Under the pieces are notes generated by a model. That model saw only the letters and a program-made list of their open reading frames with translations. It did no database searches and was not told the origin of the DNA. The position numbers were made by a program, and so were the translations under genes. From positions 156,418 through 188,417 of the forward strand of contig JBBISB010000001.1 in NCBI GenBank assembly GCA_037441475.1: a stretch of DNA of 32,000 bases. The letters are read 5' to 3'. Of the stretch, positions 10,201 through 17,844 are shown one piece after another. Position 1 is the first letter of the stretch, and every line of letters starts with the position of its first letter. Source of the DNA: Candidatus Iainarchaeum sp. Its GTDB lineage: Archaea; Iainarchaeota; Iainarchaeia; Iainarchaeales; CSSED10-239.

Positions 10201-12350
10201 GAGTCAATACCTTGCATTCCCGGGGCAGGCTCACTATTATAAGTTGTCCCATATTTAAAGTTAGTTATGTCCATTGCAGAGAAACCAGTAATACCGTAAC
10301 TCATTAGTTCTGAATCTGTTTGAGTATCATCACCAGCTCTGATATGCACTTCTCCTTTATATGTTTTTTCAGGGAAAAGAACATCAAAAACTAAATAGTA
10401 TTCTTTGTCTGTTGTTAAGTAGTTTGTTTTAATACCTTTAGAGTCAACCACACCTGCAAACTCAATTACAGGGTAATCAGAGTAGTTAACTTGTTTGTTT
10501 AAATCAAGTCTTAAGTAACCACCATTATCTGCTTGGTCTGCTGAAAAGTTAATAACAGATTTATTTCCATTCTCGTCTGTATATTCAGCAATTAAGTCCT
10601 TGTAACCTTCTGTGTTAAATATTATTTCTTCACCTAAAGAAATATTTCCATCAAAAAGAACAGTTCCATCTTTTGTTCTTATTAAAAGATTTCCTGAAGT
10701 TATTTTCATTCCGTTTTCATCATAAAAATCAAGTTTTATCATTTTTGAAGCATTATCAACAACAAAGATGATTTTATTTTCTCTTAAAGGATTTATTTTT
10801 ATATTTTCAAAAACTTCTGTTTCTCCAACCATGGCATAAACCCTGTAGTCCTTGTTTACTCTTAAAGGTAAAGCAAAAGAACCTGTTATGTCTGTTTGAA
10901 GAGAGGTGTTGTAAGGAACTTCTACTTCTGTTTCTGGATTGAAGTTTATAAGTTCATAGATTTTTAAAAAAGCTTTTGTTACTGGAAGATTTTTTTCATC
11001 AACAACAAAGATATTAAGTATTGCACTATTTGAAACATCTATTCTTTCTAAGATAAACTCAGCTTTTGTTGTTTGTCGTAAATCTACTGTTTGATTTTCA
11101 CAAAAATAATCTACTTTACATGCTGTTATTAAGATTGGTTTTTCAGAGGTTATTCCTTTAAAGCTTATTTGACCTAAAGCATCTGTTTTTCCAGAATCAA
11201 TAACTGTGTTATCTTTATTATATAATGTTATTAAAACATCCTCTAAAGAAAAGAAATTTGTTTTTGATTTAGTTGAAATATCAATAAAGTTTCCACCAAG
11301 CTCTAAGACAACAATAAATGTTTCTTCAGAGTTGATTATTCTTAAGGAAATGTTTTCATCACTTATAGCTGTTCTGTAACCTTCCTTTTTAACCCTGTAA
11401 GAGATTGTTTCTCCAGTGTCTATGTATGCTAAGGCCTTACCATCTATTGTTTTTTGATTTGCAACCTCTTCTCCACCTAAATTAAAGATTAAAACTTCTG
11501 CATTATCAATTACTTTTTGAGAAGTGTCTAAGACAACAAAGGTAACTATGCTTTTTCCTTCAAAGGAAAGTGAAGAGATATCCATCTCAATAACTTTCTC
11601 TTGTTCTTTTGAAGTTATTCTATAGTTTGTTTCTCTATAGTCTTCATAACCATCTGCCTTTATTAAAATTTCTAAATCTTTGTTTAAAGGTACTTCTAAG
11701 GTTATAAAATGATTTTGATATTGATTTACAATTCCTTCTTTACTTTCTTGTCTATTGTTAATAGAGAAGTTAACTTTTGCAGAGCCTGCAGGAATTGTTT
11801 TTCTATTTTCTCTATCTATTAGTTTAATTTTTAAAACTCCATACTCTATTGATTCTGTAAAAACAATTGAGATGTTTTGTTTCTTCTCTGTAATGGTTAT
11901 AACTTTTGTAAAGTCAGGGTGTCCTGCTTTTGTTGAATAAAAGGTATATGATTCTCCTAACTTAAGTTTTATTTTTTTAGAAAAACCATTTTCAATAGTT
12001 CCTTTAAAAACATCTTTATCTTTGCTTGATATTTTTAAGTAAACATCAGATAATGAGTTTCCTTGATAATCAGTAACTGAAAAAGTCAAGGTTGATTGGT
12101 TTGAGAAAGAAAAGAAAATTAAAAAGATTATTATGAAAAGTAATAATAGTAAAATAGATGCAACAATTGCAAAGGCAGGTAAACCTTTTTCTTCTAAGTA
12201 ATTATTAAAATCGTTTAGAGGGATTCCTTTTTCTGAAAGCCAGTTTGAGGTGCTTGCATATTTATCTTCAAGATAATTATAGACCCTTGAGAAAATATTT
12301 TGTGAACTGCTTTCTTCTGATGACGCCATATTTTTCTTTTCTTTAACCAT
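4260..12350 (-). CDS. Giant (2696 aa) membrane-anchored surface protein with tandem Ig-like/carboxypeptidase-regulatory-like domains
   Basis: Long uninterrupted ORF; N-terminal WLSEKGIPLNDFNNYLEEKGLPAFAIVASILLLLLFIIIF followed by many repeats of the V.D..G..ls.v.v.i type, then a Cys-rich C-terminal third with hydrophobic and coiled-coil segments. Confidence 0.9.
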   Translation of the reverse strand: MVKEKKNMASSEESSSQNIFSRVYNYLEDKYASTSNWLSEKGIPLNDFNNYLEEKGLPAFAIVASILLLLLFIIIFLIFFSFSNQSTLTFSVTDYQGNSLSDVYLKISSKDKDVFKGTIENGFSKKIKLKLGESYTFYSTKAGHPDFTKVITITEKKQNISIVFTESIEYGVLKIKLIDRENRKTIPAGSAKVNFSINNRQESKEGIVNQYQNHFITLEVPLNKDLEILIKADGYEDYRETNYRITSKEQEKVIEMDISSLSFEGKSIVTFVVLDTSQKVIDNAEVLIFNLGGEEVANQKTIDGKALAYIDTGETISYRVKKEGYRTAISDENISLRIINSEETFIVVLELGGNFIDISTKSKTNFFSLEDVLITLYNKDNTVIDSGKTDALGQISFKGITSEKPILITACKVDYFCENQTVDLRQTTKAEFILERIDVSNSAILNIFVVDEKNLPVTKAFLKIYELINFNPETEVEVPYNTSLQTDITGSFALPLRVNKDYRVYAMVGETEVFENIKINPLRENKIIFVVDNASKMIKLDFYDENGMKITSGNLLIRTKDGTVLFDGNISLGEEIIFNTEGYKDLIAEYTDENGNKSVINFSADQADNGGYLRLDLNKQVNYSDYPVIEFAGVVDSKGIKTNYLTTDKEYYLVFDVLFPEKTYKGEVHIRAGDDTQTDSELMSYGITGFSAMDITNFKYGTTYNSEPAPGMQGIDSLNEGSSQIINKWLELKWASDVPLGNKQIKVKVNAVDMSVTKLIFKYRALIEENKLYYRDPIDTTLKQNYSNNLKGALYAQTKEVSIDLFNVPLNCSGDVCVSYKIIDSKDNEFNIEDFYAIKGENYSLETSIYSLKNSQLNLLAETSKSFPLISFNLFTDTLNNQSTTYDSSNFEAVRDNLSINQNSLKKIYLTFISKEIGTAYIDLKGTDAILGSQVFNDRLSFNVFDKKEMKVIFTPDIFVSYGSKFNIEVIDSVSLKPIENAFISFYDDRGAFISSVKGEGSNGRNGNYTIENKFNVSSVNVLVESYGYVPYKKQIFIVDDSLLTLTPPEVLINLGLDQITSSSRFTLQNNGVYQATNIRFGEPVWVDGSDKIFIDIRGNPFINKNSSQNYEVVITVSKDILFETAFANVPIYATIGPREITKIVPIRINKGLLVSDCIEITPNAVNSFVGLNLKYTAPNVYNTPFTNYNYAGNTQRSNLLLAPSQTYSNYSDYLASQNYTQNYSSSRNTVNYTDPNYYTYYSSKVDSTTESTENTTFFIIKNNCSQAITFTPQSVLTSSASNNGLELSLAHVTVLPGEEKVYDVIIKNKSNLKQQRKFTYNILWHNSLYSVSPSTLNVDLLDLSKALWIMPTLIQVPISQLHPQQSAVNATRFMIKNIGTVPITDIQISQYPKMVSSNIGIKEYPREVSVLEPGASIPIDLQFTVNINKSTADNAFILVTGKAAGINNPITATTQIIFTISSPNCLKVSNKNLDYTLKVGEKRARNITLTNYCAEPVSVVGIDKKQDGYTETFGANPFRIIPTSGNNLIYPNQSATYSLELTASSLGGSPKMPMVIIGRLLNSGNPVTSEDFTVSINIKDVFEDQAKDNIVTINSSLPVCEDLKETTTLSRPLISIGACSEESGYCDAVSSTEYILKKVSELQNQIKQMSSQAQAKTMNTGCPLVDAARGYCKISELGGDVEPIEFTFYMQNDVVSTELVRAILSKSNYGFKNYFVETNPFNSAGNTSLGVYAGGNKVFVSNQLSGCGKYTIELDGFIAASPDYIYPERAYYFINVLKYEKTSHCDKKIMNYLNFLPWDLTLDKNNRQGTWLTLFTGDENISKDLIKGVGKFKTDQVDLRYVYNRDVLSTRNSTLNVSSGVISENKNALAKISFNDKQVYEKANPEQINVLLNSQYQTADGLTPDKVRREFVNVISSMITKNDYSAKVCVSKDQTYMLILDLVKAGDLAFTEKEVSLTLQETSSCTLMKIKSSMDETLKISSTQVPGGTIGFKKNKDDGVQEPLSLSVLQNQDNNFFMCVTPLTPSEMNTLVGQKATVTATSIYSSDGTIGNRSAIAEVTLASCAITPSEYLLEVYNNILLENNKKDEDKNLPLNITALVDWKKEYNAAEKEEMCSTLQKVMDSGKYNGDFFYNYEQLGCDLKDPEQKTTSKINKGLNNAGQYFLRCSATCAGCYGLSAVLMPVSIAGIGIDCLGFSCGLPALQIFASALTGGEGGLGWLIDKFLGWLFNEPELKFLGPLFGEVEEWFTGIVGSVMAGSFKAGSSAAATPLNLGEATISLGDDPFVSQTVTTTTPGTTPNLVRPRAPSEKAINFLDDYIKVISNNYLSSPQMVTVNNVQSAGIYFNQVPTSFTNTTGIADNVIEALMNNPDVISGSGANAKINYSKITSAQLDDLLQVVSRSQFPHSGVYPSGHLSQVDAVNSLTKNNGYLSKLQGYDRSVAAGAGPGTTTTSTVNVIDDASLNNLLDTIGDSKKGLIKEADDSIKVLERKITDLEKNNARSSFNPKKVKSDPNKITAVDRASRKASSDLASLKTKLADAKAQKASLEAMSIKISSLAPDGAGNYLVPDEVIDDFTKISGSKVPTASSKLKWVRGAGGFLRGLGCGIAGNIVGINGLRDKGMTGLNSSIEIKTPIVFEKNIFYITEVDYLAPESSQEYKSRYIVDVRPYNSQAPSIIALTDVLRVDKCIDPVKAN

Positions 12351-12568
12351 ATTTATTCTTTTTATATTTTTTTTATAAATATCAGATATATGATATTATA
12401 TATAATATATTGGTAAGATATATAAAGATTTGTATCTTTAGGTAAATATATTATTTATAGAAATGTTTATATATTAATTTTTTCCCTATAAACAATTTAT
12501 ATGTTTTCTTTTAAAGAAGAAATTTTTAAAAAATATTTTAAAAAATAATTAAAAAAAGAAGAAAACAA

Positions 12569-12904
12569 TTATTTAGAGTTTGAAACTCTAATAATTGCAA
12601 CTATTGAAACAATTAATGCTGCTGGTGCTACAAAGTAAACAAGGTTTACTAAGATCCCTCTTAAGACATCTCCCACAACAGGAATTGCATTAATTGAGTT
12701 ACTGGTTGCTATAAATGTTATTGAGGCTATTAAGAAAAGAGAGATATTTCTATCTTCAATGTTTAAAAGACCAATAACAAGACCTAATACTATTAAAACA
12801 GTTGAAAGCCATACAGGGTGACTTATACCATAGATAAGTCCAAAAATAATTGAAAGTAAGATACCACCAAGGAAAGCAAAAGCTCCTATTTTTTCAAGTT
12901 TCAT
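12569..12904 (-). CDS. Small multi-pass membrane protein
   Basis: 111 aa ORF with about 4 hydrophobic segments (FLGGILLSIIFGLIYGI, LSTVLIVLGLVIGLLNI, ISLFLIASITFIA, FVAPAALIVSIVAII). Confidence 0.6.
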   Translation of the reverse strand: MKLEKIGAFAFLGGILLSIIFGLIYGISHPVWLSTVLIVLGLVIGLLNIEDRNISLFLIASITFIATSNSINAIPVVGDVLRGILVNLVYFVAPAALIVSIVAIIRVSNSK

Positions 12905-13053
12905 ATTTTATCTTTAACTCCATTTTTTGTAATTAAGTTATTTTCTTCTAATATCATAATTACATGTTACCTATATTATTTTTAATACAAAATATTTAAA
13001 AAGCCTGCATAAAAATGAAAATAAGGACTTTTAGGTAGAAAATATTAAATAAG

Positions 13054-13131
13054 GGCAGAAAAGAAGAAGGGAGATTATTTATTAAAATCAACCTTTTCTT
13101 TTTTAAAATAAGTAGGCAGAAAAGAAGAAGG
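13054..13131. repeat. Two direct copies of GGCAGAAAAGAAGAAGG
   Basis: Exact 17-nt copies at 13054-13070 and 13115-13131, inside longer imperfect copies (13047-13077 and 13106-13141) sharing AAATAAG...GGCAGAAAAGAAGAAGG..GAGATTA. Confidence 0.7.
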
Positions 13132-13332
13132 TTAGAGATTAAACATACTCTTTTACCTAACATTCTTTTTTATTAGTTTAGATTTGTTTTAAACAGACTT
13201 TTTTTGTTAAAAGGAAAAAATTACTTTTTAAAAATAAAAACAAAGAAGAAAGGTATAAAAGATGTAAAAAGGGGTTATTTACATTTTTTTAAAAAAGGGG
13301 ATTTTTATTTAAAATGATTTTTTATAAAAAAA

Positions 13333-13794
13333 TCATCTAACAATAAAGTATACCTTTCTTCCTGCTTGAATCTTTTTTAAGTATCCTTCTTTTACAAGTC
13401 TATTTAATCTTTGAGAAGCTGCATTTGATCCCTTGTAATTAAACTCAGTCTGTACTTCTTCTGCATCAACCTTTTGCTTTGTTCTTATAAAAGAAATTAT
13501 CTTATCATCAATCTCTGCTAAAATATTAATTGTATCTAAATTACTAGTATCTTCTGACTCTTTCTTTTGCTTAAATGCAAACTGAAGAGAATCATACTTT
13601 TCATAAAGATCTTTTAATATTGAGTTTGTCTTTTTTCTTTCTTCTAAAAGCTGATGTAGAATGACTGAGAGGATTAATGGATCATTAAACTTCTCCTGGA
13701 TCTGAATAAGATCACTCAAACCCATTTCTTGAGAATCTTCTTTTAGTAACTGTTCTAAAAACAATTGCTTTGTGAGATTGTCATTTTTAGTCAT
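13333..13794 (-). CDS. Winged-helix DNA-binding protein (candidate regulator)
   Basis: 153 aa; C-terminal IISFIRTKQKVDAEEVQTEFNYKGSNAASQRLNRLVKEGYLKKIQAGRKVYFIVR fits a helix-turn-helix plus wing. Confidence 0.65.
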   Translation of the reverse strand: MTKNDNLTKQLFLEQLLKEDSQEMGLSDLIQIQEKFNDPLILSVILHQLLEERKKTNSILKDLYEKYDSLQFAFKQKKESEDTSNLDTINILAEIDDKIISFIRTKQKVDAEEVQTEFNYKGSNAASQRLNRLVKEGYLKKIQAGRKVYFIVR

Positions 13795-14092
13795 AATATA
13801 TCATGATAATGTCACGAAAGTATTAAAAGAACTTCGGTTTCTAAAACCTATAAGAAATAGTTTTTTTGGTTTGAAAATCAAACTTCTTTATGTAGTTTAA
13901 CTTTTAAGCCTTAGTAAATAACATATTTTTCTTTAAAAGTAATGTTTTTCTTTAAAAGAAAATATAATGCTCTTAAACAAATATATCTTTCTTTAGGATA
14001 AAACAATTATCTTTCTTTAAAAAGATAATATATTATTTATGATATAATATAGACCTTAGTATTTAAAAAGCTTTTTAGTTAAGAAAACAAAA

Positions 14093-14135
14093 TAAAAAAA
14101 AGAAAAAGAAGAAAATCTTCTAAAAAAGAAGATTT
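14093..14135 (-). terminator. Hairpin plus pyrimidine-tract terminator candidate
   Basis: Perfect 9-bp stem AAATCTTCT/AGAAGATTT (14113-14121 / 14127-14135), 5-nt loop, followed on the minus strand by TTCTTCTTTTTCTTTTTTTTATT. Confidence 0.5.
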
Positions 14136-14148
14136 ATAATTTACTTAC

Positions 14149-15366
14149 CTATGTAGCACAATTAGGTGATGGAGGTGATGATACTGTAAATGTTTTTGAA
14201 CTTGTGCCTGTTAATTCACCGAAAGGACTATTTTGTGGATATCTAATTGTTACAATCCATGTATTTTGTCCTGTATTTAACATTGCAACTGAAACAATAG
14301 TTTCTATAATATTTCCATTTCCACTAAAAGAACCTTGATCTATTGTAGTACCATTTAAATTTATAGTATAGTTACAAGAACCAATACAATTATTACCAGT
14401 AACTCTAAGTATATAAGAACATTCTTCTAAAGTTTCAGTCATATTAGCTCCAACTTGAGGTTGACAACCAGTTGTAGGTACTTGATTAAAACCTAATCTT
14501 ATTTTTTCTGCTGATAATCCTGTTGCAGATTGAGATAACTTATATTTTACATCATAAGATAATTTATATAAATTATTTGAAGCAGCATTAAAAGTAAATG
14601 TTCTATTTCCTGAAATATTATTTACAGTTTGAGCATTAGAATCACTACCCCCACTTCTAAAGATTGACCATTCTTCAAGACATGGTGAGCCTGAACAAGA
14701 AGTTCCTGTTACAGTATGGGTTACGCTTTGTATACATTGGTTAAAAGGAGATGCAAAATTTATTGTAGATCTTCGAGATTCAATATATCCACTAATCCCC
14801 ATAGTTGAACTACAATCCATGGAATTTGACCATTCAAGTCTATTATTTCTATAAATAATTGTAGCTCCATTTGCAGGACATTTATCTAAAGGATGAACTT
14901 CAAGTCTTGCATGATCAACTGATTTAACTGCAATTTTTTCTTTAGTAACTGCACCATCTGCTATCTTTGAATTTATTACTGCTGAATTTGCTATTTTAAA
15001 AGCTGTAACTGAATAATCTTTAATATTTTCTGTTAAAACACCATCTATTTGAATCTTTCTAGTATCAACAGATGCATCTGCAAGCTTTGAATTTGTTACT
15101 GCGTTGTCTGCAAGCTTTGAATAAGTTACAGCATTGTTTGCAATCTTACTTGAAGAAACTGCTAAAGCTCTTATTGAACTTTCATATACTGAATTTGGAT
15201 TTGCAATATTTGAATAATCAGAAACAATTACCCCGTAATACGGATTTGGTAATTTAATTGTTACTTCAAATATTTTATCTTGCCATAAATTATTATTTGG
15301 TGTTGCTGCAAAAATAAAGCCTGAAAATAATAATATTGATAATATTATAAATATAAATTTTTTCAT
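14149..15366 (-). CDS. Secreted protein with ~10-residue tandem repeats (stalk/beta-helix-like) and Cys-containing C-terminal domain
   Basis: 405 aa; signal peptide MKKFIFIILSILLFSGFIFA; repeats AVTYSKLADN/AVTNSKLADA/SVTAFKIANS/AVINSKIADG/AVTKEKIAVK. Confidence 0.75.
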   Translation of the reverse strand: MKKFIFIILSILLFSGFIFAATPNNNLWQDKIFEVTIKLPNPYYGVIVSDYSNIANPNSVYESSIRALAVSSSKIANNAVTYSKLADNAVTNSKLADASVDTRKIQIDGVLTENIKDYSVTAFKIANSAVINSKIADGAVTKEKIAVKSVDHARLEVHPLDKCPANGATIIYRNNRLEWSNSMDCSSTMGISGYIESRRSTINFASPFNQCIQSVTHTVTGTSCSGSPCLEEWSIFRSGGSDSNAQTVNNISGNRTFTFNAASNNLYKLSYDVKYKLSQSATGLSAEKIRLGFNQVPTTGCQPQVGANMTETLEECSYILRVTGNNCIGSCNYTINLNGTTIDQGSFSGNGNIIETIVSVAMLNTGQNTWIVTIRYPQNSPFGELTGTSSKTFTVSSPPSPNCAT

Positions 15367-15380
15367 ATCCTAAAACCCCC

Positions 15381-15803
15381 TTAATTACTTGCTCCACCTA
15401 TTGATGTTACTACAGGACCTTCATTTATTATTACAACATTATTTGCTGCAGCACAATAAGATGAAGATGGATATTGTTTCAAAATTAATCTTAAATCAAA
15501 ATTCTTAGAAGTATGCCCTACAATACTTGATGGAATTGGACCTATGAAAATACCATTTGTAAGTTGTGTTTGCATTCCTTCATAATTATAACAACCTGAT
15601 TTTCCAACAGCATAATTTTGTACAGCAGCTACTAAAAAATAAGAATTATTGCCTGGATTTGTAAGATTTAAATCTCCTGTAACCTTATAGATTGTTGGAA
15701 GACTTCTTGTTGTTACATTAGCAGAAACATTAAAACTAATTAAAATAACTAAAGCCAATGTTAAAAATATAAAACTTAATTTATTAAATTTCAATTTAAT
15801 CAC
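15381..15803 (-). CDS. Small secreted protein of unknown function
   Basis: 140 aa with signal peptide MIKLKFNKLSFIFLTLALVILISFNVSA; ends 15 nt before the start of the 405 aa gene, so probably co-transcribed. Confidence 0.55.
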   Translation of the reverse strand: MIKLKFNKLSFIFLTLALVILISFNVSANVTTRSLPTIYKVTGDLNLTNPGNNSYFLVAAVQNYAVGKSGCYNYEGMQTQLTNGIFIGPIPSSIVGHTSKNFDLRLILKQYPSSSYCAAANNVVIINEGPVVTSIGGASN

Positions 15804-15874
15804 CCTTTTTTTTAAAAAAATAATAATAAAATATATTAAATATAATGAGAGAATATCTTTATAAACCTTAACTT

Positions 15875-16656
15875 TTATCTGTTTTTATTATATTTATCCA
15901 CAAAAGAAGAATAACTTTCAGGAGGTAAAACAAAAATAGGGTCTGAAAAGTATAATTTATATGGTTTTTTAGAAGTATCAATAAATACGTTATTTGGTTC
16001 AATATCCCACATATTATGCCCTTTATCTTTCATTTTATGTAAAACCTCTTCTAATTTACCTTTTAATATCCTAAATTCTTTATCACTAATCATTTTATTT
16101 GCATGCGCAACATCGCAAGTAATTAAGTTTGTAAAATCAAGTAAAAGAAAGGTTTTTTCAGATTTTCCAAAAACATGACTTGCAAAATGAGGTTTAATAA
16201 TATTTATACCATTACTTTCTAGAAGTTTAAGAGCTAAAAACTCATTTACTCCCCCCCGATTATTTTTAATAAATGCACTAGAGGATACTTCTTTTAGAAA
16301 ATATCTTTTAACTATCTCTTTACCATTAAATATTTTAATATCAAAACCATTTGAAAGAGTATTTCCTCTTTTCTTTCCAATAATATCTTTAGAAGTTACA
16401 AAAGAGGTTATTCTTTTTATAAAATAATTTTCTCTTGAAATTTTATTTATACCTTCTTGAGAAACAATTTTAAAAACGTCTTGTTGTAAACCTCTATTTT
16501 TTTTATAAGTTCTAAAAAAACATTATCATATACTATGAAGCTTGGAGAGTTAGTTTTTCTATTAATAGATTTAATATTATGTTCTTTTTTAAAACTTACA
16601 GATAAATCAAAAACAGATTTATTTGTTTTTTGAGAAGGATTTTTTTTAAAAACCAT
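15875..16656 (-). pseudogene. Frameshifted gene for a divergent protein-kinase-like protein (about 260 aa if restored)
   Basis: ORF 16447..16656 and ORF 15875..16093 are the two ends of one coding unit: the frame of the downstream ORF is open from about 16500 down to 15875 (NRGLQQDVFKIVSQEGINKISREN...VNEFLALKLLESNGINIIKP...KGHNMWDIEPNNVFID...KLYFSDPIFV). Adding one A to the A8 run (forward T8, 16497-16504) joins the frames. Confidence 0.65.
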
Positions 16657-16659
16657 ATT

Positions 16660-17733
16660 TTAAAACGCCCTTGATTCTCTTCTTGGAAGACGAAGACCAA
16701 CTCTTTTTGTCTTTTCTAAAACATTTCTAACAATTAAATCTATTTCTTGTATTTTTAATCTACTTTGAAGATCACTCTCTATTAAAGGAGCAGGGTAGAT
16801 ATATCTTTTGTTAAACGAAGAAACTGAAGAGATGTTTGAAACAATAAAGTCAGTATACTCCTTTAAAGACAAACCAAACTCCTTAAAGTAAATAAACTCT
16901 ATCCTTAAAGGATAGTCCTCTTCTGAAAGCTTTAAGTAACAAACATAAAGGTTTTCATAAATCTCTTTTGGAAAATCCTTTAATATAGGGTGCTCCTTTA
17001 AGTCCTCTGCATACTTAAAAACACATGTTCTTTGATTTTTAGAAAGTAAAGAGAAAACTAAAAATGAATCAGATAAGTTATACTCAATCTCCTCTTTTAT
17101 ATAATTATTTTTTAAAATATTAAAGAAACGATCAGCTCTAGAGTCTTCAATACATCCTACAAGAAAAATCTTTCTTTCTTTAAATATATTATATAAAGAA
17201 ATAAATAACTCTATTAAAGAAGAATAATCTTTAAAAAATTTAGAATCCTTTGAAGGTTTTGAAAGATACTGTGGGATAATAGATCCATCCATTAACATAA
17301 AGTCTAATTTTTTTGTTTTTTCAATAATCTCTTTTGAAAGAGATAGTTCTTTTTTAAGTCTTAAAATAGAGGTGTTCCAAATAATCTCTTCAACCTCTAA
17401 AGAAGAAGTGGTTAAGTATGGTTTTGGAAGGTTATAGGTTTTTGGAAAGTATTTAACAGAAGAAAGTTTTGAGTCCTTGTAATTAAAAACAGCACCTGCT
17501 TCTTTAATGATTATTAGGTTTGCAAAATTAAATTGCTTGTTTACAAAACCAGAATCAACTCCTGCAAAACTTAGGTTTTGATTTTTTTCAATGGTTATTG
17601 GGTTTACTATTTTTTCTTCTTTGTTATAAGGAGATTGATTGATAAAAAGATTATTCTTTTTAAAGATAGAAACAATCTTTTGATTTCTTTCATGTGTCTT
17701 TAAAATCAAGTTAATAATATTTTCTTCAATCAT
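16660..17733 (-). CDS. nurA: NurA-domain nuclease
   Basis: 357 aa with NurA-like motifs FAGVDSGF, FMLMDGSIIP, FLVGCIEDSRADRF and YPAPLIESD. Confidence 0.75.
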   Translation of the reverse strand: MIEENIINLILKTHERNQKIVSIFKKNNLFINQSPYNKEEKIVNPITIEKNQNLSFAGVDSGFVNKQFNFANLIIIKEAGAVFNYKDSKLSSVKYFPKTYNLPKPYLTTSSLEVEEIIWNTSILRLKKELSLSKEIIEKTKKLDFMLMDGSIIPQYLSKPSKDSKFFKDYSSLIELFISLYNIFKERKIFLVGCIEDSRADRFFNILKNNYIKEEIEYNLSDSFLVFSLLSKNQRTCVFKYAEDLKEHPILKDFPKEIYENLYVCYLKLSEEDYPLRIEFIYFKEFGLSLKEYTDFIVSNISSVSSFNKRYIYPAPLIESDLQSRLKIQEIDLIVRNVLEKTKRVGLRLPRRESRAF

Positions 17734-17844
17734 TTTTTTATACCTTATAAATTATTTAAAGTAACTTTTCTTTTTAAAAAATATTAACGTCCATTTAAAC
17801 AAATTATTTTATCATAAACATTTTTTTAAAAGAAAGATTATAAT

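Noticed and set aside
16247-16262. G7 run (forward CCCCCCC) in the kinase-like gene as a second frameshift
   Set aside because: The reading frame stays open and protein-like on both sides (FIKNNRGGVNEFLALKLLE), so no lesion is needed there.
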